Assembly (NCBI GenBank): GCA_036336795.1
Contig: JAYZFL010000011.1
Location: 6,209 to 70,208 of the forward strand
Direction: 5' to 3'
From: Gemmatimonadota bacterium
Lineage (GTDB): Bacteria > Gemmatimonadota > Gemmatimonadetes > Longimicrobiales > Gaopeijiaceae
Length of the DNA: 64,000 nucleotides
Notes under the pieces: model-generated
Database searches by the model: none
What the model was told of the DNA's origin: nothing
The model's input: only the letters and a program-made list of their open reading frames with translations
Program-made: the position numbers and the translations under genes
Part shown: piece after piece, positions 46,429 through 56,557 of the stretch
Layout of the letters: the number at the start of each line of letters is the position of its first letter
Numbering within the stretch: the first letter of the stretch is position 1

Positions 46429-46781
46429 GTGAAGCCACAGACATCGTCTCCGTCTTCGTCACGGCGCCGGATAAGGAGATGGCTATTAGACTGGCGCGCC
46501 GCGTTGTCGAGGAGCGGATCGCAGCTTGTGGAAATGTGATTCCCCATGTCACTTCGGTTTATGAGTGGAACGAGGAAATTAGGGAAGATGAGGAGGTTCT
46601 ACTTATCCTGAAGACAAGCGGGAGTTGCGTGGCGTCACTCATAACGCGACTTGCTGAACTTCACTCGTATGAGACTCCTGAAATCTTGGTCCTTCCCGTC
46701 GAAGGAGGAAGTGAAGCCTACCTGACGTGGGTCAGTGAATGCACTTCAGTGGAGGCTGCCGATAACCGAACAGAATGCTAA
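46425..46781 (+). CDS. cutA: divalent-cation tolerance protein CutA
   Basis: VFVTAP..IAACGNVIP.VTSVYEWNEEI...LHSYETPEILVLPVEGGSEAYLTWV is the CutA1 pattern. Its ATG overlaps the ligase stop (ATGA). Confidence 0.8.
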   Translation: MSEATDIVSVFVTAPDKEMAIRLARRVVEERIAACGNVIPHVTSVYEWNEEIREDEEVLLILKTSGSCVASLITRLAELHSYETPEILVLPVEGGSEAYLTWVSECTSVEAADNRTEC

Positions 46782-46901
46782 GCGGCCTTCGGATAGAGCA
46801 CCCGAGAGTCTGCCCGATGTTCAGGGGCCCTGGGAAGATCTGGGATCCTCTATACCACAATAATGCGCTGATCTACCAGAACTGAGCCGAAGAGTTATCC
46901 A

Positions 46902-47390
46902 TTGCTTAATGCCATAAAATCTTTTTTTGGAGCCACCATGGTTCCAGTGTCCCAGGAGGATACGATCGACGATGCGGAAGTACGCCTCGCCGCGTGCGCG
47001 CTACTCATCGAGATTGCCCATGCGGACGAAGATTTTACGGAGGACGAGAGGCAGCACCTCGCGTCTGCTATTCGCAGGCAATACGGTTTGGACGGAGAGC
47101 AGGCCGAAGAGCTGATCAGCTTGGCGGAAGAAGCCCAATCGACTGCTGTAGACCTCTGGCAGTTTACTAAACTCATCAAATCAACTTACTCAATCGGCCA
47201 GAAGATGGTTCTGTTAGAGGTCATGTGGGGCCTTGTATATTCGGACGGAGAGCTGTCGAGTCACGAGGAATCACTAATGCGACGGGTTTGTGGTCTTTTG
47301 GACCTCGCACCCGGGTTCCTGGCAGACGTGAGAAAGAGAGTGCAGGGCACGGGCGACGAGGGAGAGGGGAGGGATGTTGGGAGAGATTAG
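46902..47390 (+). CDS. TerB-family (tellurite-resistance-like) protein
   Basis: LAACALLIEIAHADEDFTEDERQHL and LLEVMWGLVYSDGELSSHEESLMRRV are the paired TerB helices. The TTG start is uncertain; ATG 46938 is an alternative. Confidence 0.7.
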   Translation: MLNAIKSFFGATMVPVSQEDTIDDAEVRLAACALLIEIAHADEDFTEDERQHLASAIRRQYGLDGEQAEELISLAEEAQSTAVDLWQFTKLIKSTYSIGQKMVLLEVMWGLVYSDGELSSHEESLMRRVCGLLDLAPGFLADVRKRVQGTGDEGEGRDVGRD

Positions 47391-47473
47391 CTTCGGCCCC
47401 TATTGTAGGCGCACCGACTGGAGGACATATTGAGCCGGTCCGACATAATGACAACCTAAAGAACCCGGGGCTC

Positions 47474-47620
47474 ATGGATTTTCTTCCAGGTGGCTACAAC
47501 TTCATCCACGTCGTGTTCTGGTCCGTTGTCGGACTCGTTGCTGTGGGTACTAACGCGGTGGCAATAATCCTTGCCACCGGATTGGCTCTCCTGTTATTCG
47601 AGTCCGTCGGGAAGGAATAG
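47474..47620 (+). CDS. possible small membrane protein (48 aa)
   Basis: Only the distal ATG-initiated part of track ORF 47225..47620 looks protein-like (FIHVVFWSVVGLVAVGTNAVAIILATGLALLLF). No clear SD. Confidence 0.3.
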   Translation: MDFLPGGYNFIHVVFWSVVGLVAVGTNAVAIILATGLALLLFESVGKE

Positions 47621-47666
47621 GGAGCCACCCAGGTCCCGAGCTAACACTCTTGGCTGTCGAATAGGC

Positions 47667-47948
47667 ATGGTCCTCTTTCTCAAGATTGTCGGTGGGTTAG
47701 CAGCCCTGGTACTTGGTATCTATCTGGGAATGGGGCGTTACACGCAGACCAACGACGAGATTGCGGCACGCCTCGGAAGTGGTAAGCCCCGGAAAGCCAA
47801 GCGACACTTCATTTGGCTAAATTTCCTCAAGACGGATGAACGAGCTTCGGATCGTCGACGAGGGCAGCGAGGATCTAGGTTCAAGACCGCTGTGGCTCGT
47901 GACTCCGAGAGCGATTCAGTAACTGAACCGGGCGGCGAGTCTCACTAA
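47667..47948 (+). CDS. possible small membrane protein (93 aa)
   Basis: ATG 47667 gives MVLFLKIVGGLAALVLGIYLGM (one TM helix) followed by a basic tail. The longer track ORF is probably over-extended. Confidence 0.4.
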   Translation: MVLFLKIVGGLAALVLGIYLGMGRYTQTNDEIAARLGSGKPRKAKRHFIWLNFLKTDERASDRRRGQRGSRFKTAVARDSESDSVTEPGGESH

Positions 47949-49513
47949 GGTAGAATCGTGTTAAGGATCACGAGTACGACGCCGATGAATCCGCCTAAAA
48001 TATAACCCAGTCGTACTATGATGCGGAGTTCTTTGTGAGTGACCCTCCGCACCAACTCCTCCATCTTCTCTGGTGGGAACTCTAGGACCTTCCGCTCTAC
48101 TCGTCCTGCCACGTCGATTTGCTGAATGACCGAAGGCATTTGCGTTTGTAGCCATTCCCAGACGGGGTCACCGAGGGCTTCCTCAAGCTTGTGAGCAGCT
48201 TCCTCTGGGAGCCAATTCGCAGGAATTCCCACGGGTCGGTCCATCAGGGAGGAAGAAAGCCGATCGGCCACCTCGCGGAAGAGGGTGCTGGCGGCCTCGG
48301 TCCTCGCGCTGCTCACAAGCCATTCCGTCACCCTTTCAGGAGGGATCCGTTCGAATATTTCGCCCCAAGTGCGAGCTCCAACCTCCTCCAAGCCGATCTC
48401 TAACTTCTCCACCAAGAACCCTCGTGAAATCGGGTCTTGGGCTAGGTCAACGATCCAAGTAGAGATCGTTCGCCGAGCCGAAACAACACTTTCGTCATCC
48501 GGCTCTCCCAGTACGGACGCTACGGGTCGTCGAAGGAAGTCGACGATAGCATCGTTGATGCCCCGGGCCATCGCATCCTGCATCGCGGGGTCCTGAAGCA
48601 TCTCCGATAGCTTTTCCGCACCCTCTTCCTCGATGGTGTCAAGAACCTTATCCACAGACGATTCGGTGATGATGAGCTTCGCGACGACGCGTTGATGGAA
48701 TTTCAGATCCCCAAGAAATTGATGAATGAGGTCATGGATGAAGACCTCGAACTTGGAGCGTGCCTCATCGTCCTCAAGGATCGATCCAAGGCGTTGAATC
48801 GCGAGAGGAAGGTAGGCTGCGGTACCCTTTTCTACGGCGCCAACAAGGCCGAGCGGAAGCACTTCTTCGAACGTGCGGCTGGGGTCCAACAACTTCAGCG
48901 TCGCACGTCGCAGATAGTCATCGATCGCCTGACTGAAATCATTACTATTCAGGCCATCGGAGAGCCATTCCTCGACTGCTTCGGAAATAGCACTTTCACG
49001 AGCCGGGGTTAGTATACCGGCGACGGGCTCCTGGGTGATGGACTGGACGATCTCACCGGTCCGGTGGGAGAGCGTCTCGGCAAACCGGTCTGAGTGCAAA
49101 TATTCGTGAAAACGCGCCAGTGCGAACTCTTGTACATTTTCCAGCACGTCCTCGGTCTGAGCACGCATTCGATCAGGAATGAGGTCCCGCAGAGCACCGC
49201 GCTCGGTATTCAGAATTCCGTCCAGAAACCCTGAAAGTCGTTTATCGAATGCTGTCCGAAAGGTTTGATCCCGGAACATTTGCTTAAGGTCTTCAGGAGT
49301 CAGGAGACGTGTGCCGACCGTTCGCCCGATCGTTGCTGCCAAACGGTTTTGATTCTTAGGGATTGCTCCTTGGAGAAACTTGATGCTTCGTTTTCCCAAG
49401 CGAGGGGGTTCATAGGGATGAAAGAGCATCCAGATGGCGACCGAGTTGGTAACCCCCCCTGCCATAGCTCCAAATATTATGGTGACGATGGCGCGGATCA
49501 GTTCGTCGGGCAT
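47945..49513 (-). CDS. DUF445-family membrane protein (YheB-like)
   Basis: The N-terminal GAMAGGVTNSVAIWMLFHPYEP and C-terminal RLGYILGGFIGVVL helices flank a long helical region, as in DUF445 proteins. Confidence 0.7.
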   Translation of the reverse strand: MPDELIRAIVTIIFGAMAGGVTNSVAIWMLFHPYEPPRLGKRSIKFLQGAIPKNQNRLAATIGRTVGTRLLTPEDLKQMFRDQTFRTAFDKRLSGFLDGILNTERGALRDLIPDRMRAQTEDVLENVQEFALARFHEYLHSDRFAETLSHRTGEIVQSITQEPVAGILTPARESAISEAVEEWLSDGLNSNDFSQAIDDYLRRATLKLLDPSRTFEEVLPLGLVGAVEKGTAAYLPLAIQRLGSILEDDEARSKFEVFIHDLIHQFLGDLKFHQRVVAKLIITESSVDKVLDTIEEEGAEKLSEMLQDPAMQDAMARGINDAIVDFLRRPVASVLGEPDDESVVSARRTISTWIVDLAQDPISRGFLVEKLEIGLEEVGARTWGEIFERIPPERVTEWLVSSARTEAASTLFREVADRLSSSLMDRPVGIPANWLPEEAAHKLEEALGDPVWEWLQTQMPSVIQQIDVAGRVERKVLEFPPEKMEELVRRVTHKELRIIVRLGYILGGFIGVVLVILNTILP

Positions 49514-49527
49514 AACTTCGTCCCCGC

Positions 49528-50460
49528 TCAGTGCTGTACGTAGCGCACGAGTCCTCTCACATCGAGCGTGTCTCCACTTATGACAAGTAGTCCGGCGACC
49601 TGGAAGAGACCATTGACGGGGAATAGCGGCCCTTCACTCTCGCCGACTTGGAGATCCATTCCGATACTGCGGAGTGTAATTTGGAGGCCTCCGTGGGTGG
49701 ACCGGATCCTCCAGCCTACCGGAATATCTTGGTGAGCCTCCTCGGAGAATCGCAACGAGGTCCACTCTAAATTTACTTCAGGCCATCGAAACTCCTCGTC
49801 CCCTCTCCGTCCCCATGCGGTATGGTTGGGCGACACGCCTGTGGATTCGATGACAATTGCCAAACGTTCCGGGCCCGTGAGGAACATCCATTCTCCGGGG
49901 CGCGGACTGTCTTTGAGTTGGACTCGATTCATGTCCATGACCATACCCTCGACACGGAGATTTCCGAAGAGAGCAGTTCCTCGGTGCACACGGAATGTCT
50001 CTCCATGGCTTCCACTCCAATCGGACATTCCTTCACCGAGGATCACCTCCAGTTGCCTAGTTCCTTCCTCGAAGACAATTCGCTCGAGGAGGTCGCCGGG
50101 ACCAATCACGAGATTCATGGGATCTCTCGGGTGGACACGAAACGGAGTCCGAGTGGGTGGAGAATCCCAACGGTCGGTGAAAAACAGTTCCCAGAGTCCG
50201 GCGCGAGCGAGCCAGCCTTCCGCGGTTCGCTCTACCCCTTTTTCTAATGTTGAGGCCCGAAAGAGCCATGGGACTAGGATTAGGCTGTCCGTGCCCGTTG
50301 TCATGAACACAATGTTGCGTTCGTATAATCGGTTATCGGGCTGCGGATCGGGAATCGTATTGAGTTGTGGACGGGATGTGGAAATACTTTGAGGTTGCAC
50401 CTGCCTGTCGCAGGCGACAACAACTGTTATCAGGACGACCAGAATCGTTGCGGCCCTCAT
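49528..50460 (-). CDS. hypothetical lipoprotein
   Basis: Lipobox LITVVVAC. Beta-rich body. No motif I can name. Confidence 0.55.
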   Translation of the reverse strand: MRAATILVVLITVVVACDRQVQPQSISTSRPQLNTIPDPQPDNRLYERNIVFMTTGTDSLILVPWLFRASTLEKGVERTAEGWLARAGLWELFFTDRWDSPPTRTPFRVHPRDPMNLVIGPGDLLERIVFEEGTRQLEVILGEGMSDWSGSHGETFRVHRGTALFGNLRVEGMVMDMNRVQLKDSPRPGEWMFLTGPERLAIVIESTGVSPNHTAWGRRGDEEFRWPEVNLEWTSLRFSEEAHQDIPVGWRIRSTHGGLQITLRSIGMDLQVGESEGPLFPVNGLFQVAGLLVISGDTLDVRGLVRYVQH

Positions 50461-50894
50461 CGGTGACCTAAAGTCAATGCCACCGCATCTTTCGGGTCGA
50501 TGATAGTTCCTTTTCCCGCTCCGAGTAGCTTGTCTAGGCGAACGAGGAAGCGTCCGATGCGACGGGTGTTCACACCGAGATCATAACGATTCTTGATGGA
50601 TTGAGACTGTAGATCCACGCGAGTCAAAGCGTTCTCGTCCAAAAGAACTCTAATTTCGACGTCATCCTTGAATCGGAACACCGCAGTAGTACAACGAACT
50701 TGGATAAGTCCTTCTATATCATCGGTTTGGAGTAGCTCCCAACGATTCCAAGTTGTGACCAACTCTAAGCAGGCAAGCCAAACTTGATTAAATGGAATGG
50801 CGTAGGTTCGGCCCAACAGACGGGGGTCGTCGGACCATGGATCTGTCTCGGTCCGGTTTCGGGTAGTGGCTGACCCGGCGCGTTCGTCTCGCAA
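50457..50894 (-). CDS. DUF1499-like protein
   Basis: FRFKDDVEIRV...DLQSQSIKNRYDLGVNTRRIGRFLVRL resembles the DUF1499 pattern (DDvE ... S.S..G.sDlGvNr.Ri). Its stop overlaps the next gene's start (ATGA). Confidence 0.55.
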   Translation of the reverse strand: MRDERAGSATTRNRTETDPWSDDPRLLGRTYAIPFNQVWLACLELVTTWNRWELLQTDDIEGLIQVRCTTAVFRFKDDVEIRVLLDENALTRVDLQSQSIKNRYDLGVNTRRIGRFLVRLDKLLGAGKGTIIDPKDAVALTLGHR

Positions 50895-51167
50895 GCGGTC
50901 AGCACCCCGGCTTATATCGGATGACGACCGTGGTTTGAATTGTGCTGACCACGTTGAACCGAGGGGTCCCCACCAAGGTCTGAGCCTCCATTTCGACGGC
51001 AGAGCTTGCTTCTGCCTCGTCCGACGCCACCAGCGTCGTGAGAAAGCAGCGGATCACATTCCCTCTCAATGCAGATAGAGGAGTTGTTCGGCAGCGAATG
51101 TCTTGACCCGCGCCCGAGGCTAGTGTTCCACGGTTGCCAATTGCCGGTGGTTGACCGGTTCGGTAAT

Positions 51168-52184
51168 GTGCGTTCCGTGAAAGCGATAATCCCTCTTGCC
51201 GGAAAAGGCACCCGACTACGACCCCATACGCTCCTTACCCCTAAACCGTTGATTCGCGTGGCAGGCCGGCCCCTCATCAGTTACATACTTGATGACCTCA
51301 TCCAATTTGGAGTCGGCGAAATAGTGTTCGTCGTCGGCTATTTACGTGGGACGATCGAAAGTTACGTGGCGGAAGCCTACCCGAGTGTTCGGGCTCACTA
51401 TGTAGTGCAGGAGGTGCAGAACGGCACGGCCGGGGCTGTGAAGATGGCGGAGCCATACGTCAATGAAGACATTCTGATTCTTTTCCCCGATACACTCTTT
51501 GATGCCGACCTTACTCTAATAAAGAGTGCGTCAGAGACTACCTCGGGAATCATCTGGGCGAAGGAGGTTGAGGACTACCAACGCTATGGAGTGATTCTCA
51601 CGGATGACAATGGTCACATGATCAGAATCGTCGAAAAGCCATCCGAGCCCGTTTCGAAGCTTGCCAACATCGGACTCTATTACATGAATGATTGGCGCGG
51701 GCTATTCGAAGGGATCCATCACACGCTCGCTGTGGCACCTGGGCCAGCGGGCGAGTTTTATCTGACCGATGCATTCCAATACATGGTGGATTCAGGTGCG
51801 AAGATACAAGTGGCGCCGGTGGAATCCTGGCATGACTGCGGAAAGCTAGAGACTCTTCTGGAGACCAATCATCATCTTCTGGAAAAAGGAAGAAGCGGCG
51901 TCTCGGACTCGGCACTTATGGAAAACTCTACGCTGAATGGCAGGGTCCGAATTGAGGATGGAGCTGTGGTTCGGAACTCGCTGCTGGGTCCAAATGTCAC
52001 CGTCGAAAAAGGAGCTACCGTGGAGCGCTCGACCCTTGTGGATACTATTGCGGCCTCGGATACGGTCATCGAGGATTCGGAACTACACCACTCGCTTTTG
52101 GGTTCGGAGTCGAAGGTCCGGGGTTATCGTGGGCAACTCAGCGTAGGCGACCACTCGATAGTTGTCGGCAACGAGGACCGATAA
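51168..52184 (+). CDS. sugar-phosphate nucleotidyltransferase with C-terminal left-handed beta-helix
   Basis: AIIPLAGKGTRLRPHTLLTPKPLI is the NTP-transferase G-rich loop. The C-terminus has hexapeptide-like repeats (RIEDGAVVRNSLLGPNVTVEKGATVERS). Start is GTG 51168 or 51177; the longer track ORF is unlikely. Confidence 0.8.
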   Translation: MRSVKAIIPLAGKGTRLRPHTLLTPKPLIRVAGRPLISYILDDLIQFGVGEIVFVVGYLRGTIESYVAEAYPSVRAHYVVQEVQNGTAGAVKMAEPYVNEDILILFPDTLFDADLTLIKSASETTSGIIWAKEVEDYQRYGVILTDDNGHMIRIVEKPSEPVSKLANIGLYYMNDWRGLFEGIHHTLAVAPGPAGEFYLTDAFQYMVDSGAKIQVAPVESWHDCGKLETLLETNHHLLEKGRSGVSDSALMENSTLNGRVRIEDGAVVRNSLLGPNVTVEKGATVERSTLVDTIAASDTVIEDSELHHSLLGSESKVRGYRGQLSVGDHSIVVGNEDR

Positions 52185-52290
52185 GGCCCACCGTCGCTGC
52201 ACCTTTGGCAACGCTCCGTTGTAAGCTTACCTTTGATCCCACTAGTTCAAGTAGCTTAGCAGTACGTCAGAGGCCCTCGGACGGGCGACC

Positions 52291-53526
52291 ATGGACGAGC
52301 AGGACCTCATCCACGACTGGAACAAAGAGGGCGCAGACGCGTTCGAGTGGGATTCCCTTTCCGGGATCCAGCTAAACGACGAGACGCTCCGCGACGGACT
52401 CCAGAACCCATCCGTCGTAGATCCCCGTATCGAAGACAAGATCGAACTCCTCCACCTCATGGACGAGCTAGGGATTCATACCGCCAACGTGGGGCTTCCT
52501 GGCGCGGGTCCGAGAGCTGTCGATTCTGCCGTGGCCCTGGTCCGAGAAATAGTCGATTCCGGGCTGTCGATCTCGGCGAACTGTGCGGCGAGGACTCTTG
52601 TAGCCGACGTGCGTCCGATTGTAGAAATTTCACAGGACGCAGGAATCCCGATCGAGGCATGCACCTTCATCGGCAGCTCACCGATCCGGCAGTTCGCTGA
52701 GGGCTGGACCCTCGAGGATCTACTTCAGATATCCGAGAAGGCTGTCACATTTGCTGTGGCGGAAGAACTCCCCGTAATGTTTGTGACCGAAGACACGGTG
52801 AGAGCTCGACCTGATACCCTTAAAGCCCTCTATGGCCACGCGATCGAGTGGGGAGTGGGTCGTCTTTGCGTGGCAGACACCGTGGGACATGCGACTCCCG
52901 ACGGTGTTACGGCACTTATTAGGTTTGTGATCGACGAGATCATCAAGCCGTCGGGCGCGGCGGTCGGAGTGGATTGGCACGGTCACCGAGATCGGGGATT
53001 AGGGCTCCCGAACGCACTCGCCGCAGTTAAGGCGGGCGCCACGCGCATCCATGGAACTGCTCTCGGCGTCGGAGAACGTGTGGGTAACGTCGAGATGGAT
53101 CTGCTCCTCGTAAACCTCAAACTTTTGGGTGTCCACGATGCTGATCTCACGCGACTGCCGGACTACTGCAGTTTAGCAGCTGATGCTTGTCAAATACCGA
53201 TTGCGAGTAGCTATCCGGTAGTGGGTCGCGATGCCTTCCGGACGGGGAGTGGAGTCCATGCCTCTGCCATCGTCAAGGCCAAGGCGAAGGGTCATTCGTG
53301 GCTGGCTGACCGGATCTACTCGGGGATACCGGCTGCAATGGTGGGCCGTGTGCAAGAGATCGAGGTCGGTCCGTTTTCCGGCCTCTCGAACGTAAAGGCT
53401 TGGCTCGGGTCGCACGGCTACGACCCTACGGATCCGGAGGCCTGTCGTATCCTCTACGACGCGGCAAAGTTGGCGGATCACACGCTGACTCACGACGAGA
53501 TTCAATCTCTCCTCGAAGGAAGTTGA
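52291..53526 (+). CDS. LeuA-family / HMGL-like (DRE-TIM) synthase, lacking the LeuA regulatory domain
   Basis: NDETLRDGLQNPS, ADTVGHATP and WHGHRDRGLGLPNALAAVKAGA are the metal and substrate motifs of the 2-isopropylmalate/homocitrate synthase-type aldolase fold. 411 aa. Confidence 0.75.
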   Translation: MDEQDLIHDWNKEGADAFEWDSLSGIQLNDETLRDGLQNPSVVDPRIEDKIELLHLMDELGIHTANVGLPGAGPRAVDSAVALVREIVDSGLSISANCAARTLVADVRPIVEISQDAGIPIEACTFIGSSPIRQFAEGWTLEDLLQISEKAVTFAVAEELPVMFVTEDTVRARPDTLKALYGHAIEWGVGRLCVADTVGHATPDGVTALIRFVIDEIIKPSGAAVGVDWHGHRDRGLGLPNALAAVKAGATRIHGTALGVGERVGNVEMDLLLVNLKLLGVHDADLTRLPDYCSLAADACQIPIASSYPVVGRDAFRTGSGVHASAIVKAKAKGHSWLADRIYSGIPAAMVGRVQEIEVGPFSGLSNVKAWLGSHGYDPTDPEACRILYDAAKLADHTLTHDEIQSLLEGS

Positions 53527-53654
53527 GGGAAATGGACGATCTTTTGGCTACGATGCTAACATCGAAAATCGCTGAGTAACCTAGTGAGAAACGGACGCTT
53601 CCGGCGCTGAGCCGACAGGCGAACTGATCTCCCCACAGCAAGTCTGACCGACAT

Positions 53655-54575
53655 ATGTTTGATCAACGAGATGATAAAGCATTCTCCAGCTCCGAAGATC
53701 AGGCAGCCGACCAGGAGCAGGTGGGAACTGCGGATCCCGGAGAGGTTGAGGATGTGGTTGAGCGACTTCTTGACGAAGTGGGGACTCAGACCCAGCCGCG
53801 GCCGCTCTTGAATCTTGGGGAACTCCGGGGCAAGGTGGCTATAATCAGTGGTGGCTCTAGCGGGATTGGTCGTGCAATCGCCATGGATTTCGCTCGGTCC
53901 GGAGTCCACATAGCCTTCTGTTACTTGGACACTGGAGAGGAGTCCCGGGCGGAAGCTCACGAAGCCGCGCAATGTCTTCGGGGGCTGGAAGTCCGAGTTG
54001 TGTTTGCTGGGTGCGATGTTCGTGAACCGACAGAGGTAGACGGATTCGTCAGGGAAGCCACCACCGAATTGGGCGGCATCCACATCTTGGTCAACAATGC
54101 TGGTGTCGGTCGAGATCGATCCCTCTGGAATATGACGGACGAGGAATGGACCACGGTGTTAGATACAAATCTCAGTGGCGCATTCTATCTTACGAGAGCT
54201 GTCGCCCCCCATCTCCGGGAACAAGAGTGGGGGAAAATCGTTAACCTGACCTCGGTTCATGGGATTCGAAGCGAGTTCGGAATTTCGAACTACACGGCGT
54301 CAAAGGCTGGAGTAATCGGCCTAACGCGTAGCGCTGCCGTTGAGCTTGGCCCGAAGAATATCAACGTCAATGCGGTTGCGCCGGGGTATATTCGCACGAC
54401 ACGATTGACCGCGGGGGTTCCTGCCGAGGTTCTGGATTCCGCGCGGGAACAGAGCGTGTTAGGGCGGCTAGGAGATCCTCAGGACGTGGCCGGAGTGGTT
54501 CTCTTCCTCTGCTCGGAGGCTGCCCGGCATATCACGGGTGCTGTGATTCCGATCGACGGTGGTTATCTGCTTTGA
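53655..54575 (+). CDS. short-chain dehydrogenase/reductase (FabG-like)
   Basis: GKVAIISGGSSGIGRAIA, NNAG and YTASKAG motifs. The 50-aa acidic N-terminal extension may not be translated; an in-frame TTG at 53808 would give a canonical MNLGELRGKVAIISGG start. Confidence 0.8.
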   Translation: MFDQRDDKAFSSSEDQAADQEQVGTADPGEVEDVVERLLDEVGTQTQPRPLLNLGELRGKVAIISGGSSGIGRAIAMDFARSGVHIAFCYLDTGEESRAEAHEAAQCLRGLEVRVVFAGCDVREPTEVDGFVREATTELGGIHILVNNAGVGRDRSLWNMTDEEWTTVLDTNLSGAFYLTRAVAPHLREQEWGKIVNLTSVHGIRSEFGISNYTASKAGVIGLTRSAAVELGPKNINVNAVAPGYIRTTRLTAGVPAEVLDSAREQSVLGRLGDPQDVAGVVLFLCSEAARHITGAVIPIDGGYLL

Positions 54576-54786
54576 TGCCTGAGAGCCGACCTGCCCATGG
54601 CCAGAGGGTTTGATTCCTGGTGTTCGTATCGCGTTTAGACAATAGGTCGGTCAGCCGGTGCTTTCGCAGACATCATAATGTACATTCTCCGAGTGCGGCC
54701 CACTTTAAACTTGTATCAGGACTGAATCGCAAAGGATTCCTATACCCGGAATTCTGACGTGTAATCCGTAAGGTAGGGAAAACCTG

Positions 54787-56535
54787 ATGATCAACCATCG
54801 ACACTTCTTAGCATTCTTCACTCTGTGCTCTCTCTGGTTGGGCACCACGGTACTGAGTAGTACGGGACCGGTTTCCACGCTCGGTGCGTCTGCCACTGTC
54901 GGTCCCGATACCATCCAGCCAGTACGTGCACCGAATGGGATGGTCGTATCCGCGAGCACGCGAGCTAGCCAAGTCGGCTCGGACGTTCTGGCGGCTGGAG
55001 GGAACGCTGTGGACGCCGCAATCGCGACCGGACTTGCTTTGGCCGTGACTCATCCTTCTGCCGGGAACATCGGTGGGGGTGGTTTCATGGTGATTCGCTT
55101 TCCCGACGGAACTAGTACGGCGGTCGACTTTCGGGAAAAGGCACCACTGGCTTCGCATCCGGAGATGTGGCTAGACGATTCAGGTGAATATTCTCGTACA
55201 ACCCACCACAACAGCTACCTCGCGGTAGGCGTGCCTGGTACGGTCGCCGGATTTTGGAAAGCCCACCAGCTCTACGGAGATCAGGATTGGGAGCGGCTCG
55301 TGAAACCCGCGGTCACTTTGGCCCGAGATGGCTTCAAGATTACGGAGCGGCTCGCGGGTGGACTAGAGCGACTCATTGAGGGACGCGGATCGAGTTTTCC
55401 GGGCACGGTCCAGTCGTTCTCGAAAGATGGATATCCCTATAGTTCCGGTGAGATGCTTGTGCAGACAGACCTCGGTCGGACGCTCGAGCGGATCGCGGCC
55501 GATGGGCGAGATGGTTTTTATGCCGGCGAAACCGCTCGGCTCTTGGTCGCGGAGATGGAGCGAGGCGGAGGGATTATCACACTGGAGGACCTAGTCCGGT
55601 ATCAGGCGCGCGAGCGCACTCCGATCCATGGCACATATAACGGATACGACATCATCTCCATGGCGCCTCCTTCCAGTGGGGGAATCGCCATAGTCCAGAT
55701 GTTCAACATCCTTGAGGGATATGATTTGGCTGCGATGGGTCACAATTCAGCCGACTACATCCACCACCTAGCTGAAGTAATGCGGCGAGCGTTTCGGGAT
55801 CGGGCTCATCTCGTGGCGGATGTAGATTTCGTGGATGTCCCGCTCCACCACCTTACGAGCAAGGTATATGCGGAGAGCTTGCGGGCCGGTATCGCCTCGC
55901 GCGCCGCAGGTGTTTCGGCGCCCTCCGATATCACAGAACCCTATGAGAGTCCTGAAACCACGCACTATTCTGTGGTGGACAGTGACGGAATGGCGGTCTC
56001 GGTCACTTACACGCTAGAGAGCGGATACGGGTCGGCAGTCACGGTCGAAGGTGGCGGATTCCTGCTCAATAATGAGATGGGGGATTTCAACGCAGGTCCC
56101 GGGTGGACGAATGATCAGGGACTTATCGGGACCGAGCCAAACCTGGCGCGTCCCGAGCAGCGGATGTTGTCGAGTATGAGCCCAAGTATTGTCGCGAAGG
56201 ACGGTGAGCTAGTTGCCGTTGTGGGCAGCCCAGGAGGTCGGACCATCATTAACACCGTTCTTCAAGTGATCTTAAACGTGATTGAGTTCGACATGAACAT
56301 CCAGGAGGCGGTGAACGCTGCGCGGCTCCATCATCAATGGCTGCCTGATGTCATCCGTATTGAGCAGGATGGAGTTACGACGCCCACTGTGACTAAGCTC
56401 GAGCAGTTTGGGCATAGGGTGTCGGTAGGGGGAGGACAGGGACGTGCCAACTCGATCATGATCGACCCCGTGACAGGTGACCGATTGGGTGCAGCGGACC
56501 CGCGGAATGAAGATGCGGGGGCATCGGGAAACTAA
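54787..56535 (+). CDS. ggt: gamma-glutamyltranspeptidase, secreted
   Basis: Has a signal peptide, the autoprocessing and nucleophile site ETTHYSVVD, and the GSPGGRTIINTV and LHHQWLPD motifs. Confidence 0.9.
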   Translation: MINHRHFLAFFTLCSLWLGTTVLSSTGPVSTLGASATVGPDTIQPVRAPNGMVVSASTRASQVGSDVLAAGGNAVDAAIATGLALAVTHPSAGNIGGGGFMVIRFPDGTSTAVDFREKAPLASHPEMWLDDSGEYSRTTHHNSYLAVGVPGTVAGFWKAHQLYGDQDWERLVKPAVTLARDGFKITERLAGGLERLIEGRGSSFPGTVQSFSKDGYPYSSGEMLVQTDLGRTLERIAADGRDGFYAGETARLLVAEMERGGGIITLEDLVRYQARERTPIHGTYNGYDIISMAPPSSGGIAIVQMFNILEGYDLAAMGHNSADYIHHLAEVMRRAFRDRAHLVADVDFVDVPLHHLTSKVYAESLRAGIASRAAGVSAPSDITEPYESPETTHYSVVDSDGMAVSVTYTLESGYGSAVTVEGGGFLLNNEMGDFNAGPGWTNDQGLIGTEPNLARPEQRMLSSMSPSIVAKDGELVAVVGSPGGRTIINTVLQVILNVIEFDMNIQEAVNAARLHHQWLPDVIRIEQDGVTTPTVTKLEQFGHRVSVGGGQGRANSIMIDPVTGDRLGAADPRNEDAGASGN

Positions 56536-56557
56536 CTCTCGGTCGGTGCGTCTAGAG

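Noticed and set aside
51168-53526. A nucleotidyltransferase next to a homocitrate/isopropylmalate-synthase-like gene resembles part of phosphonate (FR-900098-type) biosynthetic clusters.
   Set aside because: There is no PEP mutase, phosphonopyruvate decarboxylase or other phosphonate gene nearby. The two genes are separated by 106 nt and flanked by unrelated housekeeping genes.
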